Of a stretch of 64,000 bases of DNA, positions 10,237 through 19,444 are shown piece by piece; position 1 is the first letter of the stretch; each line of letters begins with the position of its first letter. A program made the position numbers and the translations under genes. Below the pieces are notes generated by a model. That model worked only from the letters and a program-made list of their open reading frames with translations. It ran no database searches and had not been told where the DNA came from. Origin of the DNA: Spirochaetota bacterium (lineage in GTDB: Bacteria > Spirochaetota > UBA4802 > UBA5550); the NCBI GenBank assembly GCA_963664815.2, contig CAXXHB010000003.1:2880001-2944000 (forward strand), written 5' to 3'.

Positions 10237-10730
10237 TTACAAACTCCTTTGTTACAATTTAAAGCATCTGTTATTATCTGAATCAGGACATCGGCACTCT
10301 CCCTTACTGCCGGAGAAAGCTCAGCCCCGAAATCTATATTATCAACCACAACTCCGAGCAGATAAGTCTCTTTATTATGCTCGTTAAATATTTTGCCTGA
10401 CATCTTCAGAGCGAGTTTATGAGTTGAAAGTGTCCCCGAAAGTTCCTCAAACTCATCATCAAGCTTGCCGAAAAGAATAGAGCCTGTTTCCGCATCAGCC
10501 TTAACTGCATCAATAACCACAATGCTTTTACAGGGAAGCTCTGCAAGTTTATAAACATACGCTTCAATAACATCCTCGACGTTAAAAATCATATGCCCGT
10601 TACCAGCAGCCCTTCTTACAGACTCGATGATAAAGAGACCAACAGCGTCATCGCTTTTAAGGAGATTCCCCATACCAACGATACAGCAGTTGTCACTTAC
10701 CACATTTTTTATTTCCGACAGAAGATTCAT
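10233..10730 (-). CDS. Hydrogenase maturation endopeptidase (HycI-like)
   Basis: VGMGNLLKSDDAVG, VIDAV, STHKL. 4-nt overlap with the next gene. Confidence 0.9.
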   Translation of the reverse strand: MNLLSEIKNVVSDNCCIVGMGNLLKSDDAVGLFIIESVRRAAGNGHMIFNVEDVIEAYVYKLAELPCKSIVVIDAVKADAETGSILFGKLDDEFEELSGTLSTHKLALKMSGKIFNEHNKETYLLGVVVDNIDFGAELSPAVRESADVLIQIITDALNCNKGVCK

Positions 10731-10732
10731 AT

Positions 10733-11581
10733 TTATATCACTTCCCCAAGTGTTTTTATCTGTTTATATGTATAAACGGGACCATCGGTACAAACAAGAG
10801 TTCTCCCTATGGCGCAATGCTGGCACTTTCCAATACCGCATTTCATATGCCTTTCAAGAGTTGAGAGAATACAATCATCCTTAAGGCCTCTTTTCATCAG
10901 CTCACCGATTACAGAATTGAACATCACCGGAGGACCACATACAAATGCTACAGTGTTCTCCACAGGTACTTTCGCTTTTTCTATAAGATTATGAACATAC
11001 CCTGTCTCTCCAGTCCATCCAGCTTCTGCCTGGTCAACCGTTACATAACATTCAAAACCGGGAATTTTAAGCCATTCTTCTATATTATACTGATACATCA
11101 GATCTTTAGGAGTTCTCGCTCCGAGGAGAACTATTATTCTTCCGAAATCATCTCTGTGTTTGAGAGCGTGTAAAATCGATGACCTCAGCGGAATCAGACC
11201 GATACCACCAGCTACATATATAAGGTTCTTTCCTTTTAGTTCCGTAAAAGGAAAACCATTACCAAAAGGTCCCCTGATCCCTACTTTATCTCCCGGCTGA
11301 AGTTCAAACAGTGCTCCGGTTACCTTTCCGACTTTTTTAATCGAAAGGTGAAACCTGTCCCCTTCAGGGCATGTTGGCAGAGAAAAAGCCGCTTCACCTG
11401 ATCCGAAAATACTCAGCATAACTATCTGACCCGATTTCCATTTGAAATTCTTCTCAATTTCAGGATTATCAAATTTGATATAGAACGTTCTTACATCCTG
11501 AATCTCATCCTTAATTTCCTCGATGGTTGCTATTTCCGGTATTGTTACTATTTTATTATCCATTTCGCTCATGGCTATCAC
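10733..11581 (-). CDS. FAD/NAD(P)-binding FNR-type subunit with [2Fe-2S] (AsrB/HydG/FlxA family)
   Basis: RGPFGNGFP, AGGIGLIPLRS, VCGPPVM, ERHMKCGIGKCQHC...VCTDGP. Confidence 0.92.
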   Translation of the reverse strand: MIAMSEMDNKIVTIPEIATIEEIKDEIQDVRTFYIKFDNPEIEKNFKWKSGQIVMLSIFGSGEAAFSLPTCPEGDRFHLSIKKVGKVTGALFELQPGDKVGIRGPFGNGFPFTELKGKNLIYVAGGIGLIPLRSSILHALKHRDDFGRIIVLLGARTPKDLMYQYNIEEWLKIPGFECYVTVDQAEAGWTGETGYVHNLIEKAKVPVENTVAFVCGPPVMFNSVIGELMKRGLKDDCILSTLERHMKCGIGKCQHCAIGRTLVCTDGPVYTYKQIKTLGEVI

Positions 11582-12637
11582 CTACTCTATAATTTCCCGT
11601 CTGATGTATGTAACAACATTCGGCAGACCTATATCGCCGGGGCATACCCACTGGCATCTTCCGCATCCTACACATCCCGGCCTCATATACTTCTTTGACT
11701 GTGAATATGAAAGCTTGCAGAAAAATCTCTTGTTTCTTCTGTCTTCAACGGGATGCCGGGGATTATGGTCACCAGCCATTTTTGTATATCCTTCGAACGA
11801 GCAGGAGTCCCACGTCCTCAACCTGTCAGTTGAACCATTGAAATTATTATGGTCTTCAATATTGAAACATGAACAGGTTGGGCATACGAATGTACATGCA
11901 CCACATTCAAAACACTGTTTACCTATATACTCCCAGACTTCCTCTTTAATAAAACCAGTTGTAACCCTGTTCATAACACGTGATATCCACGCTTTGTTAT
12001 CTGTCGCAACCAGTTCAAAAAGCGATATGGATTTATCAACTGCTTTGCCTTTAGCGTCAGAGTGTTCATTCCCCGCTTTTTTAAGCCCCATTTTTTCAGC
12101 GAACGCACGCCCTTTTTCACTGCCAGCCTCAACAAGATAAACATCGCCAAGATCAGTAAGGTTGAGATCATACCCCTCTTCAGCTGACGGGCCGCTGTCA
12201 GTACATACACAAAAGCACTGTTTGAATGGGACAGTACATGTATTTGTTACAATAAACATTCTCTTTCTATGTTCGAGGTAAACTTCATCAACAAATTCCT
12301 GTCCCATAAAAAATCTATCAAGGACTATTATACCTGAAAGATCACATGGACGAAGTCCGAACAATGCTTTGCTCGAAGTATCAAAATCAGGAATCATATC
12401 AACTTTTTTTGCGCCCCTATCATACTTATACTCAAGTATCCTTTCAATCTGGGGAAACACCACATTTTTAGGGGGTATAGAAGGTATTTCGGCCGAAAGG
12501 CTAATCTCAGACGCATCTGCGACCTTATTAAAAAAGACCTGCTTAGAGTCCTTATCCACTATCGGGCCGTAAAGAGAATAGCTCTTTGCAAGCTCTTCGG
12601 CCAGCTTCATTACATTACTTTTTTCTATCAAATACAT
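11582..12637 (-). CDS. 4Fe-4S dicluster subunit (AsrA/HydB/FlxB-D family)
   Basis: RPCDL, CTVPFKQCFC, CFECGACTFVCPTCSCF, RTWDSC, CVGCGRCQWVCP. Confidence 0.92.
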   Translation of the reverse strand: MYLIEKSNVMKLAEELAKSYSLYGPIVDKDSKQVFFNKVADASEISLSAEIPSIPPKNVVFPQIERILEYKYDRGAKKVDMIPDFDTSSKALFGLRPCDLSGIIVLDRFFMGQEFVDEVYLEHRKRMFIVTNTCTVPFKQCFCVCTDSGPSAEEGYDLNLTDLGDVYLVEAGSEKGRAFAEKMGLKKAGNEHSDAKGKAVDKSISLFELVATDNKAWISRVMNRVTTGFIKEEVWEYIGKQCFECGACTFVCPTCSCFNIEDHNNFNGSTDRLRTWDSCSFEGYTKMAGDHNPRHPVEDRRNKRFFCKLSYSQSKKYMRPGCVGCGRCQWVCPGDIGLPNVVTYIRREIIE

Positions 12638-12639
12638 AA

Positions 12640-14646
12640 TTATATCCTCTCTATCCTGATTGGAATAATTGCGTCTTCTCCCTTATCAAAATCTTTATTA
12701 TGCTCAAGAAGGAATGAGGAGATCATCTCTCTTATAAAGTAAGGTACATATGCAGTTCCGGCCTTCACATCTTCAGATATTTTAACCGTGACATTCATTG
12801 ATCCGTGAGAAGAGGCTATTTTAACATTCCAATGTTCTCTCACCTGAAGCTTTGCCGCATCTTCTTTGCAGATTTCTATATATCCCATGGGATATACAAG
12901 AAGAGTTGCGTTATATTCCCTTTTAGGAATATAGGTTTTCTTCATCACATTATTCTGATGCCAGAAATGCTGCCCCTGTCCGGTGATGAGAAGTATCGGA
13001 TAATCTCCACCCGCTGCAGGAACTGCATAATTTCCTGTTACCGGAGCGAATTTAAATTTTTTACCACCAGCTGCCGCATCCAGTCTTTTGCATCCCTGCG
13101 GATACTTGTCATTGCATGGCCACTGCAACCCCAGTGATTTTTCAATTTTATCATAGGTCATGCCTGAATATGATGGTGTGAGTGAAGTTATTTCTTTAAA
13201 TACATCTTCAGCTGATGAGTATTTCCATGAAAGCGAAGCCTTAGCTGCAATCATCGGGAAAAGCTGCCATCCTGTCAGTACCTTCTGAAAAGGTTCAACT
13301 CTCTTTCGTGAAAGCTGCACTCTTCTTTCAGTATTAGTATAAGTTCCATCATCCTCAATAATACCGGCAACAGGTATAACTACATCGGCATATTTAACAA
13401 AAGGATTTTCGAATGTCCCGATATAAGCTACAAATTCCAGTGCTTCAATCTCTTTCGAGTATTTAACAATACCTTCGTCGTGGTCAGCCACAACAAGACA
13501 TTTTAGTTTTGAATTTCTGTCTGCCAGCAGCTTATAAACATCATTGCCGGCTTCTTTATTTAGCTTTACACCCCAGTTTTTTTCAAACTTCGCAACAGCA
13601 TCTGCATCGGAAAGTTTCTGAAAACCGGTAAGGATATCAGGAGCGGTTCCCATATCATATCCACCCTGAATGTTGCATATACCGGTTATTGGATTTGCAC
13701 CACAGTTTTCTTTCCCCATTTTTCCGGCAACAAGCAGAAGGTCATATATGTAGCTTACTGTGTCCTGATCAAGACCCGAAATTCCGGTGGACCAGAATGC
13801 CATTACTGACTTAGCTTTGCATATCTCTCCTGCAGTTTTTACTATCACATCGGATTCTATCCCCGTGAGAGAAGAAACATTATTCATATCAAGGTTACTT
13901 ACAGCAGTGGAAAATGCGTCAAATCCCTCTGCCGATTTATCCGCTAGCCCTTCAGCAATAATTGCCTTTGCCAGTGCTGCAAGAATGACTTTTTTTGATC
14001 CGGGCCTTATCTGCAGATGTATATTGCTGAGCTTCGCGATCTGAGAAGAAATGCTGCTGATAGTCACTACTTTTGTACCAGACATCTGGGCCTTATGGAT
14101 CTCACTTCCGATAATAGGATTCATTTTCGTAATATCAGACCCTACAACAAGTATAAATTCCGTCTTTGAAATATCCTCCAGGGATCCTGTCATCCCGGGA
14201 AATCCGGCACCGTCGTTCAGCACATTTATGCTGCCCCTGTGGCCCGATTCTGAATCAAGTGTAATATTATTTGTTTTAAATACACTCTTTGCCAGTTTTG
14301 AGAACAGATAATTATTTTCATTAGATGATCTTGGCGAAGCAAGAAATGCTATCTCTTCTGTAGATTTAGCACTGTACTTTGACATCTTTTCCATCATGAA
14401 ATTAATCGCTTCCTCGTAGCTGACATTTTTAAAATTGCCGTCTACTTTTATCATGGGTGAACTTATTCTCTGATCTGTCATAAGCAGTTCATGAAAATGC
14501 CATCCCCTGACACATAGCCTGCCTTTGCTTACCGGGTGGTTTCTTGACGAATAAACTCCGCAAACTTTACCATCTTTAATGTTGAGGTAGTTGCCGCATC
14601 CGGTTCCGCAGAAATTACATACTCCAGACTTATAATCCATATCCAA
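12640..14646 (-). CDS. FdhF/FdhA-like molybdopterin-oxidoreductase-family protein, apparently lacking catalytic residues (NuoG C-terminal-like)
   Basis: N-terminal CNFCGTGC...LCVRG [4Fe-4S] motif, SNENNY, GTYTNTERRVQ, GLQWPC and a C-terminal molydopterin-binding domain. Ligand loop reads NNITLDSESGH (no Cys/Sec). RBS gagg. Confidence 0.88.
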   Translation of the reverse strand: MDMDYKSGVCNFCGTGCGNYLNIKDGKVCGVYSSRNHPVSKGRLCVRGWHFHELLMTDQRISSPMIKVDGNFKNVSYEEAINFMMEKMSKYSAKSTEEIAFLASPRSSNENNYLFSKLAKSVFKTNNITLDSESGHRGSINVLNDGAGFPGMTGSLEDISKTEFILVVGSDITKMNPIIGSEIHKAQMSGTKVVTISSISSQIAKLSNIHLQIRPGSKKVILAALAKAIIAEGLADKSAEGFDAFSTAVSNLDMNNVSSLTGIESDVIVKTAGEICKAKSVMAFWSTGISGLDQDTVSYIYDLLLVAGKMGKENCGANPITGICNIQGGYDMGTAPDILTGFQKLSDADAVAKFEKNWGVKLNKEAGNDVYKLLADRNSKLKCLVVADHDEGIVKYSKEIEALEFVAYIGTFENPFVKYADVVIPVAGIIEDDGTYTNTERRVQLSRKRVEPFQKVLTGWQLFPMIAAKASLSWKYSSAEDVFKEITSLTPSYSGMTYDKIEKSLGLQWPCNDKYPQGCKRLDAAAGGKKFKFAPVTGNYAVPAAGGDYPILLITGQGQHFWHQNNVMKKTYIPKREYNATLLVYPMGYIEICKEDAAKLQVREHWNVKIASSHGSMNVTVKISEDVKAGTAYVPYFIREMISSFLLEHNKDFDKGEDAIIPIRIERI

Positions 14647-14884
14647 CCTCTAAGCCAGTATTCTTAATTATCTACATGACATCATAATTACTTCTAATTG
14701 TAACTATATGCCATATACAATATCCAACCATTAGACCACTGATTTTCTTTGAATAACCGTTGCTGAAACTCATTTCCATTCCGGCCGTAGGAAATAATAT
14801 AGCTAAGCAGTTATACATTAAAAATTTTATTTGAATATAGACTTAAATAAAATGAAAGTCAATGGGGAGATAATCTTTTTAAGG

Positions 14885-14908
14885 AGTGGGGGAATTCCCC
14901 TACTTTTT
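14885..14908. terminator. GC-rich hairpin at end of LuxR-fusion kinase gene
   Basis: agtggggg-gaatt-cccctact followed by ttttt, adjoining the stop of 14908..17796. Confidence 0.45.
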
Positions 14909-17796
14909 TATGAGGTTTTTTCAAGAATATACTGAACGGCAAACTGAATTAATTCTGAAGATGAATCTATATTCAGCTTGCTCTTTATCTTTTCACGGTA
15001 ATTTTCTACTGTTTTCACACTGATACGAAGCTTATCTGCGATGTTTTTGTTTCCAAGACCATGGCCAATCAGCTGGAATACCTCAAACTCCCTGTCTGTC
15101 AGAGAGTCAACCAATACGGAATTTTCATCTCTGCGCGGGGATGAAAGCTTATCAAGCAGTTTTTCCTTGAGGCTGTCGCTCATGTACTGCCTGCCTTCAA
15201 GAACTATTCTCACTGCATTTATAATTATACCGGGATGTTCATTCTTCATAACAAATCCTCTGGCACCTGCACGAATTGCCCTTTCGGCATATAATGATTC
15301 ATCATATATTGATATTACAAGTATAGGAATCTCCGGATATCTCTCCCTGCAGGCTTTGATCAGGTCTATCCCGTTAGTGCCGCTTAAAGAAATATCAACT
15401 GTCAGTATGTCCGGTTTAACTCTCCCCAGAGCTTTTAGTGCATCATCTGCCGTGCCGGCTTCCCCGATAATAAAGAGATCCTTCTCCATTTCAATAATCT
15501 GCTTCAATCCATGTCGCACTATCGGATGGGCATCTACAAGAAATACACCCGATCTGGTTTTATCCGGATTCTTTTTAAGGAACCTGACCCTTTTTGTATT
15601 CTCTATCTTTAAAGGTTCACCTGTAATTCTTAAGCGGCATGACAGGCTTAACCCACCTCCGGGATTACCCTTTACTTCTACCGTTGCTCCAATAAGCCAT
15701 GATCTGTACCTTACAAGGCTCAGAAAAAGATTATTCCTGTCTTTATCTATTTTTTCAAAATCTTTCCCATCGTCCCTGATTTCAATAATATATACATTAT
15801 GATCTTTTGAGGCATTAATTAAAATATTCTCCGCTTCATTATTTTCAATTGAGTTGAGTATAGATTCTTTAATTATGTAATAAAGATTTGAATTTTCAAG
15901 CTTACCGTTTATAATAATTGATTCGTCCCACTTTACGAGTATATTGACGTTTGACGTTCCACGTACACTCTCTTTAAGGTTCTCTACTGCAGCGTGTAGA
16001 CCGCCCGGACTTATATCAACAGGGCTAAGCTCTTTTGCAATCTCCCTTGTTTTGCTTACAGCACGGTCCACAAGATCTATTATTTCATCGATCTCGGGAA
16101 TGGTATCCGGCACGGAATCTCCGAACTTCACTTTAAGCAGTTCAGCTTTAAATATTATACCGGCAAGATGCTGAGCCAGTCTGTCGTGAAGGTCCTGACC
16201 TATTTTAAGCCTTTCTGCAGCATTTGTTTCCATCACCACTTTTTCCAGACGTTTTCTTTCAGTTATATCTATTCCTACAAAGAAAATAAAATCGACATCT
16301 CCATCCATCCGTATAAGCGGTTTTCCATGCCATTCCACAAGTATTATATCACCATCTTTTGCAATTATCGGATATTCAGAAACGGTCGCTTTTTTTCTCT
16401 CAACCATGTTTTTAAAATCTTTTCTGATTATATCCCGGTCAGCCTGATTAAACAGAAGTTCAATATAATCTCTCCCGACAACCTCTCCAAGAGTGTAGTC
16501 AAGAGCGATCAGCATTGCCCGGTTCATGGTTAGTATGTTGCCGGACGAATCAAGCGCTATATAAAAAGAGGGATTAATATCTTCCAGGCTCTTGAGGAAA
16601 TCTTTCCCTTTCCGGATGGTTTCCTTAGCACGCAATTCAGCAGTAACATCCCTCTCTATAATTGAGGCTCCTATGATATTTCCGGTTGAATCGTATACAG
16701 GGGAGATATTCATTGAAAGATAAATCTGTTTCCCGATTGAGGTCATGCCGACTGTTTCATAATGATTGATCTTTCCACCCTGCTTTACTCTCTCAAGAAG
16801 GAGCGGAAAATAATCCGGCTGATACGGAGGTATCAGCAGAGAATACGAACACCCATTAATCTCATCGAAGGAATACCCGAAAATCCTTTCTGCACTGCTA
16901 TTCCAGCTTACAATCAGGCTGTCGAATGTAACTCCGATTATTGCGTCTTCTGAATCCTCCAGAAGCGATGAAAGCTTTTTACGCAGCTCATCTATATTCC
17001 TTTTCTCCATCACATCATGGAAAACACTGAGTATTGCATAATCATTGTTATATTCCACAAGCCTGCTGCTGACCTCGACAGGAACAATTTCACCTTCCGC
17101 GTTCCTTATTGAAGTTTCAATCCTTTTTCCATCCCTTGTCAGGTCGCTCATAATACTTGATGATATATCAGTAAGCGAATGATAGTTGAAAAGATTCAGA
17201 ACCGAGAAACCAACCACTTCCTCTTCTTTTAAACCAAGGTATTCAAGCCCGCTGAAATTAATCTCAAGCACTATTCCTTCAAGATCATGAATTACAACAA
17301 TATCAATAATGCTGTTGAACAGCAATTTGTAATTGTTTTCAGTTCTGTTCAGGGTTTGAGTTCTTTCTACAAGAATATTTTCCAGTTGCTGGTTTTTTTT
17401 ACGGAGTTTATCTTCGGATGTCTTAATCCGGAGCATTGCCTTCACCTGTGCGGCCAGTTCAATTTCATCAATTGGTTTTGTCAGAAACGCATCCGCACCG
17501 GATTCAAGCCCCTCCGCCCTTTTAGCAGAAGTAGTGTCCGAAGCCGTAAGTAAAATCAATGGTATCCCTTTGGTCTCCTCATCAGATTTGAGAAGCCTGC
17601 ATGCTTCAACACCATTAATTCCCGGCATTACATAATCAATTATAAGAAGGTCAGGCTTTTCACATTTTACATTCGATACGCATTCCATTGCAGATGTGAG
17701 TGTAACAATATCAGCATCCCTGAAAAATCTGTTTAACAGCGCTTTAAGCGTAATGAGGTTATCCCTGCTGTCATCTATAGCTAATATCTTGAACAT
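14908..17796 (-). CDS. Multidomain signalling protein REC-PAS-PAS-PAS-HisKA_3-(degenerate HATPase)-REC-LuxR HTH
   Basis: N-terminal REC (AIDD, IIDYVMP, TKP) and three PAS/PAC repeats. HisKA_3 ERLKIGQDLHD. Second REC (LVDAHPIVRHGL, TVDISL) and LuxR HTH LTDREFEVFQLIGHG...ISVKTVENYREKIKSKL. Confidence 0.88.
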   Translation of the reverse strand: MFKILAIDDSRDNLITLKALLNRFFRDADIVTLTSAMECVSNVKCEKPDLLIIDYVMPGINGVEACRLLKSDEETKGIPLILLTASDTTSAKRAEGLESGADAFLTKPIDEIELAAQVKAMLRIKTSEDKLRKKNQQLENILVERTQTLNRTENNYKLLFNSIIDIVVIHDLEGIVLEINFSGLEYLGLKEEEVVGFSVLNLFNYHSLTDISSSIMSDLTRDGKRIETSIRNAEGEIVPVEVSSRLVEYNNDYAILSVFHDVMEKRNIDELRKKLSSLLEDSEDAIIGVTFDSLIVSWNSSAERIFGYSFDEINGCSYSLLIPPYQPDYFPLLLERVKQGGKINHYETVGMTSIGKQIYLSMNISPVYDSTGNIIGASIIERDVTAELRAKETIRKGKDFLKSLEDINPSFYIALDSSGNILTMNRAMLIALDYTLGEVVGRDYIELLFNQADRDIIRKDFKNMVERKKATVSEYPIIAKDGDIILVEWHGKPLIRMDGDVDFIFFVGIDITERKRLEKVVMETNAAERLKIGQDLHDRLAQHLAGIIFKAELLKVKFGDSVPDTIPEIDEIIDLVDRAVSKTREIAKELSPVDISPGGLHAAVENLKESVRGTSNVNILVKWDESIIINGKLENSNLYYIIKESILNSIENNEAENILINASKDHNVYIIEIRDDGKDFEKIDKDRNNLFLSLVRYRSWLIGATVEVKGNPGGGLSLSCRLRITGEPLKIENTKRVRFLKKNPDKTRSGVFLVDAHPIVRHGLKQIIEMEKDLFIIGEAGTADDALKALGRVKPDILTVDISLSGTNGIDLIKACRERYPEIPILVISIYDESLYAERAIRAGARGFVMKNEHPGIIINAVRIVLEGRQYMSDSLKEKLLDKLSSPRRDENSVLVDSLTDREFEVFQLIGHGLGNKNIADKLRISVKTVENYREKIKSKLNIDSSSELIQFAVQYILEKTS

Positions 17797-17800
17797 TTTC

Positions 17801-18940
17801 TTATTTAATCCATTTACTGATTATCTGAATGAAAGCCCCTATATTGAATGGCTTACGGATAACATCGTTAAATCCGGATCTTACCAGCTTTTCCCTGTCA
17901 TTTGCAATATCAAGCGCAGTAAAAGCTATAACAGGTATATCATCTTTAACAAAAAGATTTTTAATATTTCTTACAAGAGAAAGCCCGCTGATATCGGGTA
18001 GAGTCAGATCAAGAAGTATTATATCCGGCTTTATCTTCTCCAGCAGATCAAGTCCTCTTCCTCCATTTTCAGCATGATACACTTTTCCAAGTCCTTTAAA
18101 CTCATGTTCAATAATTGCATTAACAGGTATTATATTATCTATATCATCATCTATTACAAGCATTATAAACTCCCTGCCTACACGATGATTGAAATCTTCA
18201 GCCATTTCTCCTTCATCACTGTTTTTAATATTATTCTGCTTGCAGGGAATAGAAAATGAAACAATCACATCTCCTTTACAACCGATAGAGAAAAGAGCTT
18301 CGCCATTCAGATGACCCGCACAGATTGAAGCAAACTCCAGCCATAAAACTGAACTTGCACTGTAACCCTTTTCAATAATTTTGTATTTGTCAAATACCAT
18401 CAGATCATTTATTGAATCATCAGATTTATTTAAAGATGCTGTTAATAGTAAATTCGAAGAATGCGATATTGTTTTAAAATAAATTAAAGGAATATCATCC
18501 CCTGAGGAAAGAAAAAATAAACATATATTTTCAAGCATCCTGCATAATACATCTTTCTCCGGAATAAAAAATGATGATCCAAAATCTATATCGCTGACCA
18601 GAGAGCATCGGGTGTTGCGAACAATTGGAAGAATTGACAATAAAGAATTATCCAGTATTTCCCTTAATTCATCATGTGATTCTACATTCTGTTTTTCATT
18701 CTGATTGGATTTCTTTGAATAAGACAGATTATCGATAAAGGAGAGTTCCTCCATTATATATAAAATCTTTTTACCGTTTCTTTCAATAACTTCAAGATAT
18801 GAATTTTCATCATCTGTAAAACTGTTCCCGGAACCTCTTAAAAGGATGCCGGACAGATTAATTACAGGATTGAGTGAATTTTTAATTTCATGAGTTACTG
18901 ATGAGAAGAGCTCTCTATTCTTTGAATAATTTTTTTCCAC
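17801..18940 (-). CDS. HisKA-(degenerate HATPase)-REC protein
   Basis: H-box SVTHEIKNSLNPV with no recognisable G boxes. C-terminal REC has VIDDD, LLDLTLP, FTA, KPF. GTG start. Confidence 0.8.
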   Translation of the reverse strand: MEKNYSKNRELFSSVTHEIKNSLNPVINLSGILLRGSGNSFTDDENSYLEVIERNGKKILYIMEELSFIDNLSYSKKSNQNEKQNVESHDELREILDNSLLSILPIVRNTRCSLVSDIDFGSSFFIPEKDVLCRMLENICLFFLSSGDDIPLIYFKTISHSSNLLLTASLNKSDDSINDLMVFDKYKIIEKGYSASSVLWLEFASICAGHLNGEALFSIGCKGDVIVSFSIPCKQNNIKNSDEGEMAEDFNHRVGREFIMLVIDDDIDNIIPVNAIIEHEFKGLGKVYHAENGGRGLDLLEKIKPDIILLDLTLPDISGLSLVRNIKNLFVKDDIPVIAFTALDIANDREKLVRSGFNDVIRKPFNIGAFIQIISKWIK

Positions 18941-18954
18941 AGATCAGCCGGTTA

Positions 18955-19443
18955 TTATATATTTAAAGATTTCTTCATCAGATAAAGTATATTATAAAAA
19001 ACAGTTATACCGCCGGTAAATCTTTCTTTTATTACACTGTTCCCCATACGGTCAATATCAGATTTAATATCTTTAACTTTGCTGTCAAGCTCATTATGTA
19101 TTCTGAGAGTCTCTTCCCGACCGAGCTTTGAAACAACCATGCCGAGATTATTATTTATTGTAGTTATGTCTGCAAACATCTCCCTGTAACTGCGTTTCAA
19201 ATCATTATCCATATTACGCAGAAGTACTTCCACTATCGCAATTCGGACAATTCGATATCCCTTTTGCACCTGAGCAGAATCGCCATGAGAAACAGATGCA
19301 GGATAAAGCAGACAGTAAATCTCACCCAGCTTTATCATGGAATCCAGACTAAAATCAAAATCCCCATTAAGCTTCAACAGCGATTCCCTGAACAATTCAG
19401 GTTCTACAGTATTTTCAAGAATTTCATATATTACACGATTCAT
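18955..19443 (-). CDS. Hypothetical all-alpha protein
   Basis: 162 aa, 1 nt from the upstream kinase stop and 14 nt from the next gene, so it is operonic. Confidence 0.75.
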   Translation of the reverse strand: MNRVIYEILENTVEPELFRESLLKLNGDFDFSLDSMIKLGEIYCLLYPASVSHGDSAQVQKGYRIVRIAIVEVLLRNMDNDLKRSYREMFADITTINNNLGMVVSKLGREETLRIHNELDSKVKDIKSDIDRMGNSVIKERFTGGITVFYNILYLMKKSLNI

Positions 19444-19444
19444 A

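Noticed and set aside
12640-14646. Selenocysteine recoding explaining the missing ligand
   Set aside because: The ORF is continuous with no in-frame TGA. The equivalent codon is GGC (Gly).
14696-14714. Possible sigma54 promoter TGGCATATAGTTACA upstream of the hydrogenase operon
   Set aside because: GG-N10 is followed by CA rather than GC, so the -12 element does not fit.
14740-14810. Possible Moco/Wco riboswitch before the FDH-like gene (GGAAATGAG and a small hairpin)
   Set aside because: Only a short similarity. The other conserved stems of the motif are not visible, and an Rfam scan would be needed.
15041-15802. Long antisense ORFs (15041..15802, 11523..12140, 33537..34265, 61545..62177 and many shorter ones)
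   Set aside because: They are shadows of well-supported genes on the opposite strand or in alternate frames, with no motifs or RBS.
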